DNA of 64,000 bases from an uncultured Syntrophobacteraceae bacterium (GTDB lineage: Bacteria; Desulfobacterota; Binatia; UBA9968): the NCBI GenBank assembly GCA_964404195.1, contig CAYOJC010000007.1, positions 16,772 to 80,771 of the forward strand, written 5' to 3'. Shown here piece by piece: positions 53,112 through 63,046 of the stretch. The notes beneath the pieces are model-generated. The model ran no database searches and was not told where the DNA came from. It saw nothing but the letters and a program-made list of their open reading frames with translations. The translations under genes were made by a program, and so were the position numbers. The stretch's first letter is position 1; each line of letters begins with the position of its first letter.

Positions 53112-54304
53112 ACGAAATCCGCGCAGGCCACCTGGTCATTCTCGTGGACGACGCAGGTCCCGACAGCGAGGGCTTTCTCTGCGCCGCGGCCGAAAAAATT
53201 ACCACCGAAGCGGTCAATTTCATGATGCTCCACGGCCGCGGGTTGATCTGTCTCGGCCTCACCGAAGAGAGAATGAAACACCTCGGCCTCCCGCTCATGG
53301 TGCCGGAGAGCAGCTCGAAAATCGTCGGGTCCCTGGGCGCGTCGATCTCGCTCCGCGCCGACGCCAGCTCGGCCGCTTCCGCCGCGAGCCGGGCGCATAC
53401 GATCAGGGCGGTGGTTGCAAAAGAAACCAGGCGCAGCGATCTGGCCGTTCCCGGTTATGTCTTTCCCGTTCAGGCGCGGAACGGCGGCGTGCTGGTGCGC
53501 TCGGCGCGAATCGAAGCGGCGGTGGATCTGGCCCGCCTGTCCGGCCGGGAACCCGCCGGCGTTATTTGCCAAATATTGCAGGATGACGGATCGGTGGCTT
53601 TCACCCCTTACCTGGAAAGCTTCGCCGCGCGGCACCAACTGAAGCTCGTCTCGATCGCCGACTTGATCGCCTATCGCTTGCGCAGCGAATGTCTGGTGAA
53701 GCGCGTCGCCGAATCCGAATTTCCCACCATTGACGGCGGCGTCTACAAGGCGGTCGTCTATACCAACAATGCCGATGCCTACGAGCACATCGTGCTGGTG
53801 AAAAACGAAATCCGCAAGGGCGACGCCGTGCTGGTGCGCATGCATTCGGAGTGTCTTACGGGCGATGTTTTTGGCTCGGAGCGCTGCGACTGCGGCGAGC
53901 AGATCCGTCAATCGCTCAGGAGGATCGACCAGGAAGGGAAGGGCGTGCTGGTCTACATGCACCAGGAGGGAAGGGGCATAGGGCTCACCAACAAGATCAG
54001 GGCATACGCGCTGCAGGACCAGGGGATGGATACGGTCGAGGCCAATCTCGAATTGGGCTTCAAAGAGGATCTCAGAGATTACGGCATCGGGGCGCAGATC
54101 CTGCGCGACCTGGGCGTGCAGAAACTGCGCTTGCTCACGAACAATCCGCGCAAAATCATCGGGCTGGAAGGATACGGGCTCACCGTCGTGGAGCGGGTGC
54201 CGATCGAAGTTCTGCCACAGGCCTCGAACATCGAATACCTGCGCACCAAGCAGCAGAAGTTGGGACACCTCTTTTCAAAGCTGGAAGCCAAATCCGGGAA
54301 ATGA
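53081..54304 (+). CDS. ribBA: RibBA-type fusion: GTP cyclohydrolase II with an N-terminal DHBP-synthase-like domain that appears degenerate
   Basis: The C-terminal half has the canonical [30 protein letters not shown] and TNNPRK motifs. The N-terminal half aligns to RibB but reads [23 protein letters not shown] and VICQI where RibB has DDEDRENEGD, PGH(V/I)FP, R(G/A)GHTEA and V(L/I)CE(L/I). Confidence 0.88.
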   Translation: MPVSNIEEILDEIRAGHLVILVDDAGPDSEGFLCAAAEKITTEAVNFMMLHGRGLICLGLTEERMKHLGLPLMVPESSSKIVGSLGASISLRADASSAASAASRAHTIRAVVAKETRRSDLAVPGYVFPVQARNGGVLVRSARIEAAVDLARLSGREPAGVICQILQDDGSVAFTPYLESFAARHQLKLVSIADLIAYRLRSECLVKRVAESEFPTIDGGVYKAVVYTNNADAYEHIVLVKNEIRKGDAVLVRMHSECLTGDVFGSERCDCGEQIRQSLRRIDQEGKGVLVYMHQEGRGIGLTNKIRAYALQDQGMDTVEANLELGFKEDLRDYGIGAQILRDLGVQKLRLLTNNPRKIIGLEGYGLTVVERVPIEVLPQASNIEYLRTKQQKLGHLFSKLEAKSGK

Positions 54305-54319
54305 GAGCCGGGCCTGGCT

Positions 54320-54418
54320 CAATGCAAAATGCAGAATGCAAATTTCAAAATGCAAAATGAATGAAAAATCGGCCGAGATTTTGAACTTTGCATTTTGCAG
54401 TTTTCATTTTGCATTGCG
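54320..54418. repeat. GCAAAAT-heptamer hairpin element (copy 2) between ribBA and ribH
   Basis: caatgcaaaatgcagaatgcaaatttcaaaatgcaaaatg ... ctttgcattttgcagttttcattttgcattg. It is homologous to the reverse complement of 19023-19116. Confidence 0.8.
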
Positions 54419-54423
54419 CGTTT

Positions 54424-54891
54424 ATGGTTAAAGTGATCGAGGGGCCGCTCGATGCCCGGGGCATGAAGTTTGGAATTATCGTGAGCCGCTTCAATAGCTC
54501 GGTCACCGAACGACTGCTGGAGGGCGCGCTCGAAGCTTTGAAAACGCACGGCGGGGAAGAGCGGGACATCGACGTGGTGCGCGTGCCGGGCGCTTTTGAG
54601 ATTCCTCTTCTGACGAAGAAGCTGGCCGCCAGCGGCAAGTACGATGCTCTGATCTGTCTCGGCGCGGTGATCCGCGGCGACACGCCTCATTTCGAATACA
54701 TTGCCGAGGCCGTCACCCGCGGCATCGGAGCGGTCGTCCTGGAACATCGGCTGCCGATTTCTTTCGGCGTCTTGACGACCAACAACGTGGAACAAGCGAT
54801 GGAGCGGGCCGGTACGAAGAGCGAGAACAAGGGATTCGAGGCGGCCCTCACGGCCATCGAGATGGCCGGCCTGAACCGGGCAATCAAGTAG
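54424..54891 (+). CDS. ribH: 6,7-dimethyl-8-ribityllumazine synthase
   Basis: [30 protein letters not shown] and FGVLT motifs. The start is taken at the ATG at 54424, downstream of the repeat. Confidence 0.92.
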   Translation: MVKVIEGPLDARGMKFGIIVSRFNSSVTERLLEGALEALKTHGGEERDIDVVRVPGAFEIPLLTKKLAASGKYDALICLGAVIRGDTPHFEYIAEAVTRGIGAVVLEHRLPISFGVLTTNNVEQAMERAGTKSENKGFEAALTAIEMAGLNRAIK

Positions 54892-54993
54892 GAAGAGGAA
54901 TTAAGGATTAGGATTTGGGAATTAGGGATTGGGGATTGAACAGCCGTTCAAGGGTTTTCTCTTCCCCAATTCCTAACCCCCAATCCCTAATGC
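54892..54993. repeat. GGGATTA/GGGAATT-heptamer hairpin between ribH and nusB
   Basis: The left arm ggaattaaggattaggatttgggaattagggattggggattg is complementary to ccccaattcctaacccccaatccctaatgcc. Confidence 0.8.
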
Positions 54994-55002
54994 CTATTTA
55001 TT

Positions 55003-55413
55003 ATGGGTATCCGAAGAAACGCTAGAGAGCTGGCGCTGCAGGCGCTGTATCAGATGGAAGTTACCGGAGATACATCGCCTCGAGCGCTCGATCTGTTTCT
55101 AAGCCACTTCGAGGGCGGTGGCGAGGCTAAGGTTTTCGCGCGGCAACTGATATCCGGCGTAATGGACAATCGGGAGCGGATCGACACGATCATCGCCAAG
55201 TCCGCGGAAAACTGGAAGCTCGAGAGGATGGCCAAAGTCGATCTTCTGATCCTGCGCATGGCGACCTATGAGCTGCTCTTCTGTCCGGACATACCGATGA
55301 ACGTGAGTCTCGACGAGGCCATTGAGATCGGCAAGCGCTTCGGATCGGCCGACTCGCCGACCTTTATCAACGGAGTGCTGGATCAGGTGGCCGCGGCAAC
55401 CGGCGCAAAATAG
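55003..55413 (+). CDS. nusB: Transcription antitermination factor NusB
   Basis: RRNARELALQALYQ N-terminus, E.I..AK.FG......F.NGVL motif, and the rib-nusB context. Confidence 0.92.
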   Translation: MGIRRNARELALQALYQMEVTGDTSPRALDLFLSHFEGGGEAKVFARQLISGVMDNRERIDTIIAKSAENWKLERMAKVDLLILRMATYELLFCPDIPMNVSLDEAIEIGKRFGSADSPTFINGVLDQVAAATGAK

Positions 55414-55428
55414 TTCAGTGAACGAGCG

Positions 55429-58026
55429 ATGGACGACAAATATCATCCTCAAGAAGTCGAGGAGAAGTGGCAAAGGATCTGGGAGGAAAAAAAGAGCTTC
55501 CGCGCCACGGAGGACTCTTCCCGGCCGAAGTACTACGTTCTGGAGATGTTCCCCTATCCCTCCGGCAGGATTCACATGGGGCACGTCCGCAACTACTCGA
55601 TCGGCGACGTGGTCGCGCGCTATAAAAAAATGCGCGGCTTAAACGTGCTCCATCCGATGGGTTGGGACGCGTTCGGCCTGCCGGCGGAGAACGCCGCGAT
55701 CGAGAGAAAAACCCACCCGGAAAACTGGACCCGGGAGAACATCCTTTATATGAGGACCCAGTTGAAGCGCATGGGCCTCTCCTACGATTGGGAGCGCGAG
55801 ATCGCGACCTGCGAGCCGGAATACTACCGCTGGAACCAGTGGATTTTTTTAAAGTTCTACGAGCGCGGACTTGCCTACAAAAAAGCCTCGTCGGTGAACT
55901 GGTGCCCTTCCTGCGAAACGGTCCTGGCCAACGAACAGGTGATCGACGGGGGCTGCTGGCGCTGCGAGACGCCCGTGGTTCAAAAGAATCTGGAGCAATG
56001 GTTTTTTCGCATTACCGACTACGCCGAGGAGTTGCTTCGCGACCTCGACCGCCTTCAAGGTTGGCCCGACAAAGTCGTTACGATGCAGCGGAACTGGATC
56101 GGAAAGTCGATCGGCGCCGAGATACTTTTCCCGCTCGCCGGCCGGCAGGGCGCCGTCCGCGTTTTTACAACGCGCCAGGACACCGTTTATGGCGCGACGT
56201 TTCTTTCGCTGGCGGTCGAGCATCCATTGGCGCTGGAGCTTTCCCGCGGGACTTCGCAAGAGAGCGCGGTGAAGGAGTTCGTCGAACGAATTCAGAAAAT
56301 CAGCCACGCGCGGCGCGGTGAAGAGGACGCCGAGAAGGAAGGGTTCATTACCGGCGCGTATTGCGAGAACCCATTTACCGGAGAGAAGATTCCCATCTAT
56401 CTCGCAAACTTCGTTCTCATGGAATACGGCACGGGCGCGGTCATGGCTGTGCCGGCGCATGACCAGAGGGACTTCGAGTTCGCCAAAAAGTACGGCCTGC
56501 CGGTTCGAGTCGTGATTCAGCCTAAAGACACTCCACTCAAGGCGGAGGAGATGACCGAGGCGTACCTCGAAGACGGGATCATGGTCAATAGCGGTCCGTT
56601 CTCCGGGCTTTCGAGCCATGAAGGAAAAGAGAAGATCGCGCTCTTTCTGGAAGAAAAAGGCTGGGGCAAAAAGGACATCCGCTATCGCCTGCGCGACTGG
56701 GGCATTTCCCGGCAGCGCTACTGGGGCACGCCGATTCCGATCGTCTATTGCGACAAGTGCGGCATCGTTCCGGTGCCTGAAGATCGACTTCCCGTAACGC
56801 TGCCGCGCGACGTGCCGTTTACCGGAAAGGGCGGCTCTCCGCTGCTCGATAGTAAGAACTTCCTCGATACGTCTTGCCCAAAGTGCGGCGGCGCGGCGCG
56901 CCGCGAGACCGACACCATGGACACGTTCGTGGACTCGTCGTGGTATTTTCTCCGATATGTCTCGCCGAGATTCGACTCGGCGCCGTTCGACTCCAAGAGC
57001 GCTACCGCCTGGATGCCCGTGGATCAGTACATCGGCGGCGTCGAGCACGCCGTGCTCCACCTCCTCTATGCCCGCTTTTTTACAAAGGCGCTGAGGGACT
57101 TGGGCCTCACCAAAATCGGCGAGCCTTTTACGAACCTGCTCACTCAAGGGATGGTCTGTAAGGAGACCTATCGCTGTGAACAGCATGACTGGCTTTTTCC
57201 CGGAGAGATCGTGGGTTCGGACCAGGCGGGATGGCGCTGCCCGAAGTGCAACCGGCCGGTTGAAAAAGGCCGCGTGGAGAAAATGTCCAAGTCGAAGAAA
57301 AATATTATCGACCCCGAAGAGCTGATCGCGGCTTACGGGGCGGATACCGCGCGCCTTTTTACCCTCTTTGCCGCTCCTCCCGAGAAAGATCTCGAATGGA
57401 GCGCCCAGGGAGTCGAAGGGGCTTTTCGTTTTCTTACGCGCCTGTGGCGTTTTGTCTTTCAAAATAAGGAGTCGCTGGCGGTCGTCCGGTCGGACCTTTT
57501 CCAAGGAGAGCTTCCCCCGGATCTCAGAAATCTCCGCCGCCTGACTCATCGGACCATCAAGAAAGTGACGGAAGACATCGAAACGCGGTTTCATTTCAAC
57601 ACCGCGATCGCCGCGATCATGGAGCTGCTGAACGCCGTCACCGCCGCCGCCAAGGATGGACCGGAATCCAAGCGACAGCTGCCCGTCGTCAAGGCGGCGC
57701 TGGAAGCCATTGTGGCGCTGCTTTACCCGTTCGTGCCGCATGTGGCGAGCGAGCTCTGGGAATCGCTGGGCCAAAAAATTCCGTTGGATTTAGCTCCCTG
57801 GCCGGAGTATTCCAAAGAAGCGATGGAAGAAGAAAGCTTGTTGATCGTGGTCCAGGTTGACGGTAAGGTGAGGAGTAAAATCACGGTGCCCGCGGATGCC
57901 AGCAGCGAGTATATCAAGGAAGAAGCGCTCGCCGATCCCAAGGTCAGGGGATTTCTTTCGGGCAAAGAAATCCAGCGGGTCGTCCAGGTGCCGCGCCGCC
58001 TGGTGAACATCGTGCTGGAGGGATGA
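55429..58026 (+). CDS. leuS: Leucyl-tRNA synthetase
   Basis: [16 protein letters not shown] (HIGH-type), KMSKSKKN (KMSKS) and the CP1 editing region. 865 aa. Confidence 0.97.
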   Translation: MDDKYHPQEVEEKWQRIWEEKKSFRATEDSSRPKYYVLEMFPYPSGRIHMGHVRNYSIGDVVARYKKMRGLNVLHPMGWDAFGLPAENAAIERKTHPENWTRENILYMRTQLKRMGLSYDWEREIATCEPEYYRWNQWIFLKFYERGLAYKKASSVNWCPSCETVLANEQVIDGGCWRCETPVVQKNLEQWFFRITDYAEELLRDLDRLQGWPDKVVTMQRNWIGKSIGAEILFPLAGRQGAVRVFTTRQDTVYGATFLSLAVEHPLALELSRGTSQESAVKEFVERIQKISHARRGEEDAEKEGFITGAYCENPFTGEKIPIYLANFVLMEYGTGAVMAVPAHDQRDFEFAKKYGLPVRVVIQPKDTPLKAEEMTEAYLEDGIMVNSGPFSGLSSHEGKEKIALFLEEKGWGKKDIRYRLRDWGISRQRYWGTPIPIVYCDKCGIVPVPEDRLPVTLPRDVPFTGKGGSPLLDSKNFLDTSCPKCGGAARRETDTMDTFVDSSWYFLRYVSPRFDSAPFDSKSATAWMPVDQYIGGVEHAVLHLLYARFFTKALRDLGLTKIGEPFTNLLTQGMVCKETYRCEQHDWLFPGEIVGSDQAGWRCPKCNRPVEKGRVEKMSKSKKNIIDPEELIAAYGADTARLFTLFAAPPEKDLEWSAQGVEGAFRFLTRLWRFVFQNKESLAVVRSDLFQGELPPDLRNLRRLTHRTIKKVTEDIETRFHFNTAIAAIMELLNAVTAAAKDGPESKRQLPVVKAALEAIVALLYPFVPHVASELWESLGQKIPLDLAPWPEYSKEAMEEESLLIVVQVDGKVRSKITVPADASSEYIKEEALADPKVRGFLSGKEIQRVVQVPRRLVNIVLEG

Positions 58027-58062
58027 GTATGAAGAAGGCAGAAGGCCCTTCGACGGGGCTCA

Positions 58063-58130
58063 GGGCAGGCAGTAGGCAGCAGGCAGTAGGCAGTTCGGCA
58101 ATCCAAAATCCAAAATCTAAAATCCAAAAT
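58063..58130. repeat. GGCAGTA heptamer tract directly followed by a TCCAAAA heptamer tract
   Basis: gggcaggcagtaggcagcaggcagtaggcagttcggc followed by aatccaaaatccaaaatctaaaatccaaaat. It is preceded by the ccttcgacggggctcagg module (58046-58063). Confidence 0.8.
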
Positions 58131-58139
58131 GGGCGGGCG

Positions 58140-58709
58140 GTGCTTGGTTTATTTTTGCTGCTGGGCATGGGCTGCGGATATCAATTTTCCGGCAGAGGCG
58201 AGGAATTTCCCAAGGACGTCCGTACCGTCTTTGTCGAGCCGTTCCTGAACAGGACGCACGAAGTCGGTCTTGAAAGAGAATTTACCGCGACCCTCAAGAG
58301 CGAATTGCATCAGAGAGGGCAGCTCCAGGTGGTCGACAGCCTCGACCAGGCGGATGCCGTTCTTAGCGGCGTGGTGCGCACGTTCGACAGCCGCGTGGTA
58401 GGAGTCAACCGCTACGATGAGGCGCTACAGTATGAGATGGTTCTCGTTGTCGATATGGGTCTTCGCCGGCGCTCGCCGGACCAACTTCTCTGGCGCACTC
58501 AGGGCGCCAGGTTTTCGGATCTTTTCGCCGGGGCGCGAGGCGCGGTGGTGACAACCTCTTCCGATTTTCGCTCGCGGACGCTGAATCCGGGAGATGTGCG
58601 CCAGTTCACGGATATCCAGCTTAGCGAGACATTGAAGCAGGATGCCCGAGGACGATTAGTGCAAGCGGCGGCGCGCGATTTGCACTCCCGCCTCCTCGAG
58701 CTGTTTTAA
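58140..58709 (+). CDS. lptE: LptE-like LPS-assembly lipoprotein
   Basis: Lipobox LLLGMGCGYQF, and a conserved position directly after leuS. The ORF is open from 58023, but those codons are repeat DNA. The GTG 58140 start is inferred. Confidence 0.6.
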   Translation: MLGLFLLLGMGCGYQFSGRGEEFPKDVRTVFVEPFLNRTHEVGLEREFTATLKSELHQRGQLQVVDSLDQADAVLSGVVRTFDSRVVGVNRYDEALQYEMVLVVDMGLRRRSPDQLLWRTQGARFSDLFAGARGAVVTTSSDFRSRTLNPGDVRQFTDIQLSETLKQDARGRLVQAAARDLHSRLLELF

Positions 58710-58817
58710 CGGGCGGTTGTTATTCGTTACGGGTTGATTGCTTACTCGATACTCGCAGAGTAGCGACCAATACGTGGCCGGACGTTTCGCTAGTCAACCG
58801 ATAAACCAGTAACTATT

Positions 58818-59090
58818 TTATTGAGCGGTTGCGGGGCGGCTGGCCGAGCGGGACAAGCGGGAAAGCCAGCGAGAGGCCGTGTTGTTCTTGAGGATTCCTT
58901 TACTTACTGCTTTTCCCAACTCCCGGGTGACTTCGCGCAGTTGAGCGGAGATTTGTTCGCGATCTTTCGCTTCGATCGCCTGGCGGGCTTTCTTAATGAG
59001 AGTTCTGATCCTGGATTTCACATCCTTGTTCGTTGCACGCCTTTTAAGACTTTGCCGGTACCGCTTGATCGCCGATGGATGAATAGCCAA
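58818..59090 (-). CDS. rpsT: 30S ribosomal protein S20
   Basis: MAIHPSAIKRYRQSLKRRATNKDVKSRIRT... 90 aa. Confidence 0.95.
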   Translation of the reverse strand: MAIHPSAIKRYRQSLKRRATNKDVKSRIRTLIKKARQAIEAKDREQISAQLREVTRELGKAVSKGILKNNTASRWLSRLSRSASRPATAQ

Positions 59091-59557
59091 AAGTAACCTC
59101 CGTTGAAATGATTACTTCGTCTATCATTTAGCTCCCAACGAGTCAACGAAGGCAATTTTTCAGAATACGCCGGCTACTATTTCGGGAGCTTCTCTCTATT
59201 TTGGATTCAATGACCGAAACATGCCTCCAGGTCGCCTCAAGAGCCCTGGTTTGGGATGGCACTCTCGGAGCAAATTTTTCCAAGTCACCAATTTCATACG
59301 AATTTTGCTGCGAAGATTTTGGGCAATTCGTTGCCCTTAGCGAGTTTTAGCCTTCCGACTCGATCCCGCCAGCACTTATCAACAAGTTATGCACAGCTTT
59401 TTGTGCGTTTCGGCTTTTTTGTCGATATCTAAAGCTAGGTTTTTCTGTGAAGATTTTGCTCGGGCGGTTGGGAATTCCAACCGTGACGACGCGGCGATGA
59501 AAAAAAAGATTATAAATTTTCGTCGAGTTCTGTTAAAATCCCTTTGCTTTGCAACCG

Positions 59558-61642
59558 ATGACCACGCGCCTCAAAAGTGAAAAAAGTTTTCTGTTCCGTT
59601 TTATCTGCTGGACTCTCGGCTCCATCTCCGCCGTCGGTTTAATCAGCGTCGCTGCGGTCCTTTATTACTTCGGACACGATCTGCCCAGCCGGTTGGATTT
59701 AAAGTCGGCCTACCGCCCGGCCGTGATCAGCACGGTCTATGATGTCCGCGGACAGCCGATCGGCGAATTCTACCACCAGCGGCGGATAGTTGTTCCGTTG
59801 GATCGAATGCCTCCTCACGTCATTCAGGCGCTCCTGGCCGCGGAGGATTCGCGCTTTTTCGCGCACGGGGGCGTGGACGTATTCGCCATTATGCGGGCGG
59901 TCTTTTCCAATCTAAGGAGGAGAGCGGTCCGCGAGGGGGCAAGCACGATTACGCAGCAATTGGTGCGCGGTTTTTTTCTCACGCCGGAAAGAACGTTGGG
60001 GCGCAAAATCCGCGAAGCGATCCTGGCCTACCGAGTCGAAAAAAACCATACGAAAGAGGAAATTCTCTATCTCTATCTCAACCAGGTCTATTTCGGCCAC
60101 GGTAATTACGGTATCGAGGCCGCCAGCCGGGATTATTTCGGCAAGGGCGTCGATCAACTGAGTCTGGCCGAAGCGGCGCTGCTGGCCGGTCTGCCGAGAT
60201 CGCCGAGCCGGAACTCGCCTTATCGGGATTTCTTTGCCGCTACGAAACGGCAACGCTACGTTCTCAGGAGAATGTTGCAGGAGAAATTCATCAACGAGGC
60301 GGCATACCAGGAAGCGCTTCAAACTCCGGTTCGTCTGTCGCCCGCTCCGGCGCTCAATTCTCAAATCGCGCCGTACTTTGTCGAGTATGTGCGCCGCGTC
60401 ATAGGGGATCGCTACGGGTTCGGTCCGCTGCTGCAAGGCGGGCTTCAGATCTATACGACTCTCGACGGCGACGTCCAGCTCGCCGCCCAAAAGGCGCTGC
60501 GAGAGGGTCTCAATGAAATTCGTCTTCGGGTTCGCAAAAAATCCCGCACGCCTCCCCGCGACGCGCAAGGCGAGGTCGAAGGGGCGCTGCTCGCTATGGA
60601 TCCGCGGACCGGAATGGTGCGGGCGCTCGTCGGCGGTTACGATTTTTATCAGAGCCAGTTCAATCGCGCGCTGCAAGCCAAGCGCCAGCCCGGCAGCGCC
60701 TTCAAGCCGATCATCTATTCCGCCGCCTTGGAGGCGGGCTACTCGGAGCTGTCGATCGTGCCGGATGCTCCGCTCGTCTTCCGCATGGCGCCGGGTAAGT
60801 TCTGGCGGCCGCAGAACTACGACAACCGCTTCGTCGGACCGGTCACTTTGCGGAGCGCGCTCGCCCATTCGTTAAACAGCGTCGCCATACGGCTGGCGCA
60901 GCGCGTCGGACTGGAGCGGGTCATCCAGCAGGCGCGCAAGCTCGGCATCGAATCTCCATTGGAAAAAAATCTTTCTCTGGCATTGGGCTCGGCCTCGGTC
61001 TCGCTTCTCGAAATGGTCCGCGCCTTCGGCGTGTTCGCCGGCGGAGGCAATCTCGCCGAGCCGCTTTTCATTCTGAAGGTGACCGATCGATATGGCAACG
61101 TCCTGGAAGAGAGCGAGCCAACATCCAAGGCGGTCCTTTCTCCCGAGATCGCCTATGTGCTTACCGACATGCTGAAGAACGTGGTCCAGAGCGGAACGGC
61201 CAGGGCGGCGGCCAAGCTCGGTCCCAACGTCGCCGGTAAAACCGGAACGACGAGCGACTTTCGCGACGGCTGGTTTATCGGCTATACCCCCGAATTTGTC
61301 GCCGGTGTTTGGGTCGGCTACGACGATCATCGGCCCCTGGGAGACAAGGAGACGGGCGCCAATACCGCGCTGCCGATTTGGCTCAACTTTATGAGCGGTG
61401 CAGGCCAGGGGAACAGCCCGGCGGAATTTCCCGTGCCGGAAGGGATCAATTGGCTGGAGGTCAATTTGAGCGAGCGTTATCCTCTCCCCGTCTTCGAAAG
61501 CTCACCGGTGGCGAGAATTCCGTATGCGTCGATGAGCAAGACAGCCTCGGTGCCGGCCAATACGGCGTTGGATAAAACGATCGATCCGGACGCCAAATTG
61601 TCGGCGGCCGATCTCGACGAGCGCGGCGATAAGCTTCCTTAA
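59558..61642 (+). CDS. mrcA: Class A penicillin-binding protein (PBP1A-type transglycosylase/transpeptidase)
   Basis: GT51 motifs EDSRFFAHGG, GASTITQQ and RKIREA. Transpeptidase motifs SAFKP, SLN and KTGTT. An N-terminal TM anchor is present. Confidence 0.9.
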   Translation: MTTRLKSEKSFLFRFICWTLGSISAVGLISVAAVLYYFGHDLPSRLDLKSAYRPAVISTVYDVRGQPIGEFYHQRRIVVPLDRMPPHVIQALLAAEDSRFFAHGGVDVFAIMRAVFSNLRRRAVREGASTITQQLVRGFFLTPERTLGRKIREAILAYRVEKNHTKEEILYLYLNQVYFGHGNYGIEAASRDYFGKGVDQLSLAEAALLAGLPRSPSRNSPYRDFFAATKRQRYVLRRMLQEKFINEAAYQEALQTPVRLSPAPALNSQIAPYFVEYVRRVIGDRYGFGPLLQGGLQIYTTLDGDVQLAAQKALREGLNEIRLRVRKKSRTPPRDAQGEVEGALLAMDPRTGMVRALVGGYDFYQSQFNRALQAKRQPGSAFKPIIYSAALEAGYSELSIVPDAPLVFRMAPGKFWRPQNYDNRFVGPVTLRSALAHSLNSVAIRLAQRVGLERVIQQARKLGIESPLEKNLSLALGSASVSLLEMVRAFGVFAGGGNLAEPLFILKVTDRYGNVLEESEPTSKAVLSPEIAYVLTDMLKNVVQSGTARAAAKLGPNVAGKTGTTSDFRDGWFIGYTPEFVAGVWVGYDDHRPLGDKETGANTALPIWLNFMSGAGQGNSPAEFPVPEGINWLEVNLSERYPLPVFESSPVARIPYASMSKTASVPANTALDKTIDPDAKLSAADLDERGDKLP

Positions 61643-61752
61643 GCGCTATCCGATTGATCGTAATACAACCCCCTTGCAAGTGTTTGGTAGTTGTGCAATA
61701 AAATTTGCTTAACAAGCAGGCTCTTTAGTTGTGGGAAAGGAGGTGAACAAAG

Positions 61753-62007
61753 ATGGAAAAACGAGTTGCTTCATGGTCAGTGGTGGCCCTCTTTACTTTG
61801 AGTCTAGCGTTTGCCGGTTGCGGTAAGAAGGAAGAACCGCCTCCGCCTCCTCCGGCTCCCGCGCCAGCGGCGCCGGCGGCTCCGGAAAGCGGCGCGCCCG
61901 GTCAGCCCGGCGCGATGGCTCCTGCCCCCGGCAGCGAACCAGCGCCCGCAGCGCCAATGGCTCCCGGCGACAAGCCGGCAGAGAAAAAAGCGGAAAAAAC
62001 CAAGTAA
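61753..62007 (+). CDS. Small Pro/Ala-rich lipoprotein
   Basis: RBS ggaaaggagg, lipobox LAFAGC, then a low-complexity PPPPPPAPAPAAPAAP stretch. Confidence 0.6.
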   Translation: MEKRVASWSVVALFTLSLAFAGCGKKEEPPPPPPAPAPAAPAAPESGAPGQPGAMAPAPGSEPAPAAPMAPGDKPAEKKAEKTK

Positions 62008-62039
62008 GGCTGCTTTCGCCTGATTGGTTTTAGCACCTG

Positions 62040-62076
62040 AAAAAGGGGAAGGGTTTCAATCCTTCCCCTTTTTTGT
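62040..62076 (+). terminator. Rho-independent terminator
   Basis: AAAAGGGGAAGG-gtttcaat-CCTTCCCCTTTTTT. Confidence 0.8.
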
Positions 62077-62110
62077 AACTTCCAGAGCGATCCTAAAGGC
62101 CCATCTGCTT

Positions 62111-62205
62111 CGTTGCGCGCCTATCGTCTCGCTCGGCGTACGAGAAGAGTACGCCTGCGCTCGCCGATTGGTCGCGCGCCTCGCATCTGAACCTTTTTGA
62201 TCGCT
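62111..62205. repeat. Dispersed ~95-bp hairpin repeat (second copy of the 33760-33851 family)
   Basis: cgttgcgcgcctatcgtctcgctcggcgtacgagaagagtacgcctgcgctcgccgattggtcgcgcgcctcgcatctgaacctttttgatcgc. It is bracketed by an 11-bp inverted repeat, ccagagcgatc (62083-62093) and gatcgctctgg (62199-62209). Confidence 0.75.
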
Positions 62206-62308
62206 CTGGTTTGATCGTTTTGGGATCAGAGTTATTGCAGAACTCTGTGGACGAGCCAAGGAGCCAATCCCGAAAATTAAGTAACGCGACGTGGCGGCGA
62301 ACCCATAC

Positions 62309-63031
62309 ATGACGTTTACGGAGCATCTGGAAGAGCTCCGTTGGCGGCTGCTCAAGTCCCTCGGGGCGGTCGCGCTGGCATTTGGATTGTGTTACCTCGA
62401 ATCGGACAGGATCTTCGCTTTCATGGTTGCGCCGCTTCAACAGATCCTTCGGCCGGGCCAGAGTCTTATCGGCACGGGAGTGACCGAGGCTTTTTTTATC
62501 GAAATGAAGGTTGGAATAGTCGGCGGGGTTTTTCTCGCCTGCCCGGTGATCTTCTACCAGATCTGGCGTTTTCTCGCCCCGGGTCTGCTCGGCGCCGAAA
62601 AAAAAATGGTTATTCCCTTTGTGTTCTGCGCCACGTCTTTTTTTCTTGGCGGCGCCTATTTCTGCTATCGCATCGTCCTGCCGGTCGCGTTCAGCTATTT
62701 TATCGATCAATACCTCTCGCTCTCCGTCTCTCCGGAGATCCGCATCGGCGAGTATTTCAGTTTTTTTTTCCGCATGGTGCTGGCCTTTGGGATTACGTTC
62801 GAGATGCCCGTATTTACCTTCTTTCTGGTGCGCTTGGGGATCGTGAACTATCACTTGATGTGGAGATCGTTTCGCTATGCTATAGTCCTCATCTTTATCG
62901 CCGCCGCAATCCTGACGCCCACGCCGGACATCATCAATCAATCGCTGCTGGCGGCGCCGATGCTGGTGCTCTATCTGTTGAGCATCTTAGTCGCCTATAT
63001 CTGGCGCAAAGAGCGTCCCAAAACAACCTGA
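62309..63031 (+). CDS. tatC: Twin-arginine translocase subunit TatC
   Basis: MTFTEHLEELRWRLLKS N-terminus and six predicted TM segments. An alternative GTG start lies at 62291. Confidence 0.9.
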   Translation: MTFTEHLEELRWRLLKSLGAVALAFGLCYLESDRIFAFMVAPLQQILRPGQSLIGTGVTEAFFIEMKVGIVGGVFLACPVIFYQIWRFLAPGLLGAEKKMVIPFVFCATSFFLGGAYFCYRIVLPVAFSYFIDQYLSLSVSPEIRIGEYFSFFFRMVLAFGITFEMPVFTFFLVRLGIVNYHLMWRSFRYAIVLIFIAAAILTPTPDIINQSLLAAPMLVLYLLSILVAYIWRKERPKTT

Positions 63032-63046
63032 AGAAAGGACCCCCTG

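Noticed and set aside
58023-58139. N-terminal extensions of ORFs that run through repeat DNA and encode peptides such as SKIQN, GSRQQAVGS or NRKSKIQNRK. Affected regions: 58023-58139, 51321-51398, 2438-2530 and 54388-54423.
   Set aside because: The extensions are translations of heptamer tracts shared with non-coding copies. Downstream starts give normal signal peptides or family N-termini.
59376-59395. Two adjacent DnaA-box-like 9-mers (TTATCAACA and TTATGCACA) in the 450-bp A/T-rich rpsT/PBP1A intergenic region, which could indicate oriC.
   Set aside because: I found only two boxes, no further matches with one mismatch or fewer in the region, and no dnaA, dnaN or other origin-linked genes nearby. 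A divergent promoter region is more likely.
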